64,000 bases of DNA from an uncultured Solirubrobacteraceae bacterium (GTDB lineage Bacteria > Actinomycetota > Thermoleophilia > Solirubrobacterales > Solirubrobacteraceae), in assembly GCA_964588985.1 (NCBI GenBank), contig CAZPQW010000001.1, forward strand, positions 96,001 to 160,000, written 5' to 3'. How positions within the stretch are numbered: the first letter of the stretch is position 1; each line of letters opens with the position of its first letter. The notes beneath the pieces are model-generated. The model searched no databases. It was given only the letters and a program-made list of their open reading frames with translations, and was not told the DNA's origin. A program made the translations under genes and the position numbers. This document shows, one piece after another, positions 58,501 to 64,000 of the stretch.

Positions 58501-61500
58501 GCGACGGCGACAGCAGGCGGCTCGTGGCGTACGTGGTCGCCGACGAGGGCCAGGTCTCGCCCAGCTCCCTTCAGGAGGCTCTCGCTCAGACGCTGCCCGC
58601 GTACATGGTCCCGTCGCAGATCGCGACGCTCGACACACTGCCGCTGATGCCAAACGGGAAGCTCGACCGCGCGTCGCTGCCGAGCCTCGAGGTTACCGTC
58701 GCCGCCGCCACGCGGACCGAGCCGCTGAGCGAGCTCGAGACGCAGCTTGCCGACATCTGGGCGGAGCTGCTCGAGTGCGAGGTGGGGCCGGAGGACAACT
58801 TCTTCGAGGCCGGCGGGCACTCGCTGCTGGCGATCCGGCTGATCGCGCGGATGCGCACCGAGCTGGGCGTCAAGCTGACCCTCAAGGCGCTGATCGAAGC
58901 GCCCACGATCGGCCAGTTCGCGGCCAGGATCGAAAGTGTCCGGGGAGCGGCGCCGCCGGCCGCCGACGCCTCGGCCTCCCCAGCACCGGCGGCGGCGCCT
59001 AAGCCCGCCCCGACGGTGCCTCGCGTACCGAGAGACGGTCCGCTGCGCTGCTCCTTCGCCCAGGAGCAGTTCTGGCTCGTCGATCAGCTCACCCCGGGAA
59101 GCTCCGCCTACAACTTCTCGTGGCCGATGCGTCTTGAGGGCCGGCTCGACTCCGACGCGCTCGGCAAGGCGGTGGCGGAGCTGGTCCGCCGCCACGAGGC
59201 GCTGCGGACGCGCTTCATCGCGACCGACGGGCAGCCGATGCAGATCGTCGAGAAGACGGGCACGGCCGCGCTCGAGCTCGTCGACCTCGCCGGCGAGCCC
59301 GATCCGCAGGAGAGCGCGCGGCGGCTGATCGAGGAGCAGACCGCGACGCCGTTCGACCTCGCGCGGGGGCCGCTGCTGCGAGTCGTGCTGATGCGGCTCG
59401 GCGAGCAGGACCACACCCTGTTGATCGTCGTGCACCACGTCGTCTTCGACGGGGTCTCAAAGGTCGTGCTGTACCGCGAGCTCGGCGAGTGCTACGACGC
59501 GTTCGCGGCCGGCCGCGAGCCGTCGCCGGCTGAGCTGTCGATCCAGTACGCCGACTACGCCGAGTGGCAGCGCTCGCAGCTCGATCCCGAGCGGCTCGAG
59601 CGCGAGCTGGCGCACTGGCGGGAGCAGCTCGAGGGCGCTCCGACTGCGCTCGAGCTGCCCACCGACAGGCCCCGTCCCGCCGTGTCGAGCCTGCGGGGCG
59701 CTCGCCACCGCCAGCCGCTGAGTAGCGACCTGCGCGGGGCCCTGGACGCACTCGCCCGGGGCGAGGGCGCGACGTTCTTCATGGCCGTGCTGGCCGCGTT
59801 CGAGGTGCTCCTGTACCGCTACACCGGGCAGGAGGACCTGCTCGTGGGCACGCCCGTCGACACGCGCACGGCGCGCGAGCTCGCGCCGGTGATCGGCCCG
59901 TTCATCAACACCGTGGTCGTCCGCGGCGAGCTGTCGGGCTCGGCCGGCTTCCGGGAGCTGCTGCGAGGCGTCCAGCAGCGCACGGTCGACGCGCTCGAAC
60001 ACCAGGAGCTCCCGTTCGAGCGGCTCGTCGCCACGCTCGCGCCGGAGCGCGACCTCAGCCGCCACCCACTGTTCCAGGCGCTGCTGGCGCTCAACCCGGC
60101 GGAGACCGGACTCCGGCTCGAGGGCGTGAACGTCAGCGACCTCGACCCCGCGTGGTCGGGAGCGCGCGTCGACCTGTTCCTGATCCTCGACGATCTGCCG
60201 CAGGGGCTCGAGGCGATCTGGGAGTACAGCAGCGACCTGTTCGAGCCGGCCACGATCGAGCGGATGGCGGGCCACTTCGTCCGCCTGCTCGAGGAGATCG
60301 TCGCCCACCCCGACCGGCCGATCGACGACCTTGCGCTGCTCGGCGAGGCCGAGCGCACCCTGCTGCTGGAGGAGTGGAACCGAACGGAGGCGGAGATCCC
60401 GCCGCAACGTCTCGAGCAGCTCGTGGCTGAGCAGGCGCGGGCGACCCCCGACCGGGTGGCGGTGCGCTTCGACGAGCGCGAGCTGAGCTACGGAGAGCTC
60501 GACGTCCGCGCCAACCGGCTCGCGAACCGGCTGCTGGCGCTGGGGGCTGGTCCGGACGAGCTCGTGGGCGTCTGCCTGAACCGCTCCGAGGAGCTGCTCG
60601 TGGCGCTGCTCGCGACGTTGAAGACGGGCGCGGCGTACGTTCCGATCGACCCCGGGTTCCCGCCGGCGCGCCAGGAGTTCATGCTCGCCGACGCGCAGGT
60701 GCGCGTGCTCGTGACCGAGGAGCCGCTGCTGGCGAGCCTGCCGGCGTCCGACGCGACGGTGCTGTGCGTCGATCGCGACGGCGGCGAGGTCGCGCTCGAG
60801 TCCACGGACCCGCCGGCCCACGACGCCGGCGCCGAGGACCTCGCCTACGTGATCTACACGTCCGGGTCGACCGGCAAGCCGAAGGGCGTCGAGATCCCGC
60901 ATCGCGCGCTCGTCAACTTCCTCTGCTCGATGCGCGAGCAGCCCGGCCTGGTCGCGGAGGACGTGCTGGTGGCCGTCACCACGCTGTCGTTCGACATCGC
61001 CGGCCTTGAGCTGTACCTCCCGCTGATCACCGGGGCGACCGTGGTGATCGCCTCGGCGCAGACCGCCGCCGACCCGCGGGCGCTGGCGCGGCTGCTGGAG
61101 TCCTCCGGTGCGACCGCGATGCAGGCCACGCCGACGACCTGGCGGATGCTGATCGACTCGGGCTGGCCCGGACGGGCGGACCTGAAGGCGCTGTGCGGCG
61201 GGGAGGCGCTCCCGCCCGCGCTTGCCGACGAGCTGGTCGGGCGCGTGCCCGAGCTGTGGAACATGTACGGGCCGACCGAGACAACGATCTGGTCGACGTG
61301 CGCCCACGTGCGGAGCCCGGGCGAACAGCCGACCATCGGCCGCCCGATCGCCAACACGACGCTCCACGTGCTCGACGGGCGCGGCGCTCCCGCTCCGATC
61401 GGCGTGCCCGGAGAGCTCCTGATCGGTGGCGCGGGGCTCGCTCACGGGTACCGCAACCGGCCGGAGCTGACCGCCGAGCGGTTCGTAACCGACGAGCCCG

Positions 61501-64000
61501 GCGGCGAACGTCTTTACCGGACCGGCGATCTCGCCCGCTACCGCCCCGACGGGACGGTGCAGTTCCTCGGTCGCCTCGACCACCAGGTCAAGCTGCGGGG
61601 CTTCCGGATCGAGCTCGGGGAGATCGAGGCCGTGCTCGGCGGCCATCCGGCGGTCGCCGGCGCCGCGGCGATCGTCCACGACGGCCCCCAGGGCGAGCCC
61701 TCGCTGATCGCCTACGTGGTCCCCGACGGCGAGCCCGCCGACCCGGAGGATCTGCGCCGCTTCCTGGGCGAGAGCCTTCCCGCCTACATGGTGCCGGCCA
61801 CGATCGTGACGCTCGAGCGGCTGCCGCTCACCCCGAACGGCAAGATCGACCGCAAGGCGCTGCCCGCGCCCGAGCTGCCGTCGTCCCGCGAGGACCAGTA
61901 CACGGAGCCGCGCGACGCCACCGAGGCGGCCGTCGCGTCGGTGTTCTGCGAGGTGCTCGGCGTGGATCGCGCGGGCGCGCACGACGACTTCTTCGGGCTC
62001 GGCGGGCAGTCGCTGCTCGCCGCGCGGCTCGTCAGCCGGCTGGACGCGAGGTTCGAGATCGAGCTGCCGCTCCGCGCCCTGTTCGAGGCCCCGACGGTCG
62101 CGGGGCTCGCGGCCCACATCGAGGCGCTGACAGCCGCGCCCCAGGCCCCGCAGACGCCCGCGCCCGAGCCGCTCGTGGGGCTGGACGCCAGCCCCGAGCC
62201 TCCGCCGCTGCTCCCAGTCGCTGGCGTTCGACCGGCCTCGTTCGCGCAGGAGCGCTTCTGGTTCATCGACCAGATCGGCGCGGGCGCGGCGTACAACATC
62301 TCCTGGCCGCTGCGCCTGCGGGGAGCACTCGACGTGGTTGCGCTAGAGCGCGCGCTCAACGAGATCGTGCGCCGGCACGAGATCCTCAGGAGCCGGTTCG
62401 CGGTCGAGGACGGCCGGCCCGTGCAGGTGGTCGAGCCTTCACGGCCCGTCAGCCTCGAGTTCGTCGACCTGAGCGGGGAGACCGAGCGCGAGCGCGAGGC
62501 GCAGAGGCTCATCGACGAGCGGACGCAGGCTCCGTTCGATCTGGCGGAGGGGCCGCTGATCCGCGCCTCGCTGCTGCGCCTGGAGCCCGCCGAGCACGTC
62601 CTCCAGGTCGTCGTCCACCACGCAGCAGCCGACGGAGGGTCGAAGGTCGTCTTCTTCAGGGAGCTGGGAGCGCTCTACGGCGCCTATCTCGACAACCGCC
62701 CCGCGGCGCTGCCCGAGCCGCCGATCCAGTACGCCGACTTCGCCCGGTGGCAGCGCTCGACTCAGCAGGGCGAGCGGCTCGAGCGCGAGCTGGCGCACTG
62801 GTCGAGGGAGCTCGACGGCATACCCGCCGGGCTCGAGCTGCCCTCCGATCGCCCGCGGCCCGAGGCGGCCACGCTGCGCGGAGCGTGGCTGCGCACGAAG
62901 CTCGCCGACGACACGCTCGAACGCCTGGGCGGGCTCGCCCGCACAGAGGGCGCGACGCTGTTCATGGTCATGCTCGCCGCGTTCGAGGTGCTGCTGCACC
63001 GCTACAGCGGCCAGGAGGACGTGGTCGTCGGAACCCCGGTCGACACACGCGGGCGGGCCGAGCTGGAGCAGCTGATCGGGCCGTTCGTGAACACGCTCGT
63101 CCTGCGCGGCGACCTGTCCGGCGCGCCCAGCTTCCGCGAGCTGCTGGACCGCGTGAAGCGGCGCACGCTGGACGCGATCGAGCATCAGGAGCTTCCGTTC
63201 GAGCGACTGGTGGAGGCGCTCGCGCCGGAGCGGGAGCTGGGCCGTCACCCCCTGTTCCAGGCGCTGATCGCGCTGAACCCGCCCGAGCCGGCGATCGAGC
63301 TGCAGGGGCTCGAGGTGGAGGAGCTCGACACCGAGAAGACCGCTTCGCGCGTCGACCTCACGCTGCTGCTCCAGCAGCGCGAGCAGGGACTCGACCTGAT
63401 CTGGGAGTACAGCAGCGACCTGTTCGAGCCCGACACGGTGCGGCAGATGGCCGACCGCTTCCTGTGTCTGCTCGACTCGATCGTCTCCAGTCCCGAGCTG
63501 CCGATCGACGAGCTCTCGCTGCTGCGCGAGGACGAGCGGCAGCCGGCGGGGATCGAGGAGGGCGAGCGGACGTTCCCCGTGTTCTGCCTGCACGAGCGCT
63601 TCGAGGAGCAGGCGCGACGGACGCCCGACGCGGTCGCGGTTCGCCACGAGGACGAGTCGCTCTCCTATCGCGAGCTCAACGAGCTGGCCAACCGTCTAGC
63701 GCACCGCCTGCGCGCACTGGGGGTGAAGCCGGACGCTCTGGTCGCGCTGTGCCTCGAACGCTCGCTGGATCTCGTGGTAGCGGTGCTCGCGGTGCTGAAG
63801 GCCGGCGGCGCCTACGTCCCGCTCGACCCCGAGTACCCCGCCGAGCGGCTCGCGTTCGTGCTGAGCGACTGCGACGCGGCCGTGCTGGTCACGCAGGAGC
63901 CCCTGCTCGACCGCTTCGTCGAGTCCGCGCCGGCGACGGTCGTGTGCGTCGACCGCGACCGGACGCTGATCGAGCGAGAGAGCGCCGAGGACCCGTCCCC
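55542..64000 (+). CDS. Multimodular NRPS T-C-A-T-C-A-T-C-A... (open at window end)
   Basis: Manual translation from GTG 55542, same frame at every checkpoint: GGDS T0; HHIVCDD; A1 code DLTKIGHVGK (Asp); GGHS; HHVVFDG; A2 code DILQLGMIWK (Gly); GGQS; HHAAADG; A3 begins near 63590. Confidence 0.93.
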   Translation, partial: MTALEPTLLSSPATSSERELAAIWTELLGVAPAGTEEDFFAAGGDSIQAAALVARVGSRLNVELPLSEFVECPTIAALAGRIDAARARGATPMVWPATEDGVPARCSYAQERFWFIDQASGSNVVSNVSWALRLDGPLDVPVLERALAELALRHDTLRTRFELRDGAPVQLVSPESELALEVAEAGDEAQAAALAVAAAQTPFDLSRGPLLRVQLLTLGRDANVLHFIAHHIVCDDWSKGVIQSDLAAIYTTLRAGEEPALPPPVQYPEYSRWQRERLNEEALRYELEHWSARLANPTALELPGDRTRPPAPSMRGARLRTTVPPDVEAALRALGREAGATFFMTMLAALQAFLHRYTRQEDLVVGTAVDNRGRVELERAVGLFTNVLALRADVSGRPTFRELLSRARASTLDAVAHQELPFDRLAAAAPERDASRHPIFQVFYEFIVPAPLELPIPDLHSEPFEVPKQTSEFDLGLYLDEQRGGLEAVWEYSGDLFEPATIERMAGHFIRLLEGIVADPDRPIDELALLDDAQRRQALSGADATGAPLPEACIQELFEGHARRAPDAPALVAGEERLSYGELNRRANSIAHLLLELGVAPGDAVGLCLERSVDLVAAMLGILKAGGAYVPLHPDHPASRLLAQLDTAGARMLIAQAPLEGFAGTLLSLEREGERLATLPDTDPEPAVGPDDTAYVLYTSGSTGTPKGVAVTHRNLANYTAHMVGTLGEDGTTSGLHFGSVSAVSTDLGNTAIFPALAGGGCLHLIATDVTTDGAAFAAYTAGRPLDVLKITPSHLASLLDAAAGEAILPRRWLILGGEALSWELAQRVLAPGGPRVVNHYGPTEATVGCCTYELDLDRPRPPAATVPIGRPISNATAYVLDSLMQPVPVGVAGELYVGGAGIARGYVNQPAQTAEVFVPDPYSDEPEARLYRTGDLARRLPDESLEFLGRADQQVKIRGYRVEPAEVQAVLMREPGVRQAAVLATGDGDSRRLVAYVVADEGQVSPSSLQEALAQTLPAYMVPSQIATLDTLPLMPNGKLDRASLPSLEVTVAAATRTEPLSELETQLADIWAELLECEVGPEDNFFEAGGHSLLAIRLIARMRTELGVKLTLKALIEAPTIGQFAARIESVRGAAPPAADASASPAPAAAPKPAPTVPRVPRDGPLRCSFAQEQFWLVDQLTPGSSAYNFSWPMRLEGRLDSDALGKAVAELVRRHEALRTRFIATDGQPMQIVEKTGTAALELVDLAGEPDPQESARRLIEEQTATPFDLARGPLLRVVLMRLGEQDHTLLIVVHHVVFDGVSKVVLYRELGECYDAFAAGREPSPAELSIQYADYAEWQRSQLDPERLERELAHWREQLEGAPTALELPTDRPRPAVSSLRGARHRQPLSSDLRGALDALARGEGATFFMAVLAAFEVLLYRYTGQEDLLVGTPVDTRTARELAPVIGPFINTVVVRGELSGSAGFRELLRGVQQRTVDALEHQELPFERLVATLAPERDLSRHPLFQALLALNPAETGLRLEGVNVSDLDPAWSGARVDLFLILDDLPQGLEAIWEYSSDLFEPATIERMAGHFVRLLEEIVAHPDRPIDDLALLGEAERTLLLEEWNRTEAEIPPQRLEQLVAEQARATPDRVAVRFDERELSYGELDVRANRLANRLLALGAGPDELVGVCLNRSEELLVALLATLKTGAAYVPIDPGFPPARQEFMLADAQVRVLVTEEPLLASLPASDATVLCVDRDGGEVALESTDPPAHDAGAEDLAYVIYTSGSTGKPKGVEIPHRALVNFLCSMREQPGLVAEDVLVAVTTLSFDIAGLELYLPLITGATVVIASAQTAADPRALARLLESSGATAMQATPTTWRMLIDSGWPGRADLKALCGGEALPPALADELVGRVPELWNMYGPTETTIWSTCAHVRSPGEQPTIGRPIANTTLHVLDGRGAPAPIGVPGELLIGGAGLAHGYRNRPELTAERFVTDEPGGERLYRTGDLARYRPDGTVQFLGRLDHQVKLRGFRIELGEIEAVLGGHPAVAGAAAIVHDGPQGEPSLIAYVVPDGEPADPEDLRRFLGESLPAYMVPATIVTLERLPLTPNGKIDRKALPAPELPSSREDQYTEPRDATEAAVASVFCEVLGVDRAGAHDDFFGLGGQSLLAARLVSRLDARFEIELPLRALFEAPTVAGLAAHIEALTAAPQAPQTPAPEPLVGLDASPEPPPLLPVAGVRPASFAQERFWFIDQIGAGAAYNISWPLRLRGALDVVALERALNEIVRRHEILRSRFAVEDGRPVQVVEPSRPVSLEFVDLSGETEREREAQRLIDERTQAPFDLAEGPLIRASLLRLEPAEHVLQVVVHHAAADGGSKVVFFRELGALYGAYLDNRPAALPEPPIQYADFARWQRSTQQGERLERELAHWSRELDGIPAGLELPSDRPRPEAATLRGAWLRTKLADDTLERLGGLARTEGATLFMVMLAAFEVLLHRYSGQEDVVVGTPVDTRGRAELEQLIGPFVNTLVLRGDLSGAPSFRELLDRVKRRTLDAIEHQELPFERLVEALAPERELGRHPLFQALIALNPPEPAIELQGLEVEELDTEKTASRVDLTLLLQQREQGLDLIWEYSSDLFEPDTVRQMADRFLCLLDSIVSSPELPIDELSLLREDERQPAGIEEGERTFPVFCLHERFEEQARRTPDAVAVRHEDESLSYRELNELANRLAHRLRALGVKPDALVALCLERSLDLVVAVLAVLKAGGAYVPLDPEYPAERLAFVLSDCDAAVLVTQEPLLDRFVESAPATVVCVDRDRTLIERESAEDPS

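Noticed and set aside
55506-63647. Very long minus-strand ORFs (1310, 886 and 402 aa)
   Set aside because: Antisense shadows of the + strand NRPS caused by high-GC codon bias; no protein motifs
1-64000. CRISPR array, IS element or prophage
   Set aside because: No regularly spaced repeats, transposase, integrase or phage genes seen
44424-64000. Cluster as an ordinary siderophore pathway (Asp/Orn codes)
   Set aside because: No ornithine monooxygenase, iron-uptake genes or clear iron-box in the window; cannot be fully excluded because the cluster continues

Overview
High-GC actinobacterial DNA; gene content suggests Thermoleophilia/Solirubrobacterales (inference). 1-20 kb is ordinary metabolism: a fatty-acyl desaturase pair, crotonases, a P450, ion channels/transporters and an NHEJ operon ku-(GH114)-ligD. 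20-22 kb is a small integrase-less islet at the 3' end of tRNA-Val(CAC), with an intact AbiEi antitoxin and a doubly frameshifted AbiEii toxin. 22-29 kb is core: FKBP, a large Alu-type SRP RNA, dnaX-ybaB-recR-ask, and a membrane glycosyltransferase-like gene that contains an in-frame degenerate copy of the neighbouring tRNA. From about 30 kb to beyond the right edge is a large unusual biosynthetic locus. It interleaves surface-glycan machinery (priming polyprenyl-P sugar transferase, Wzm/Wzt ABC flippase, two heparan-sulfate-type sulfotransferases) with a prolyl-carrier oxidation cassette, a KamA-type 2,3-aminomutase and two divergent NRPS arms; the left arm ends in a Cys-nucleophile thioesterase. 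The largest NRPS (55542 to >64000, + strand) is missing from the ORF track because it runs off the window. All calls come from motifs read by eye; no database searches were run. A-domain codes were extracted manually and are approximate.
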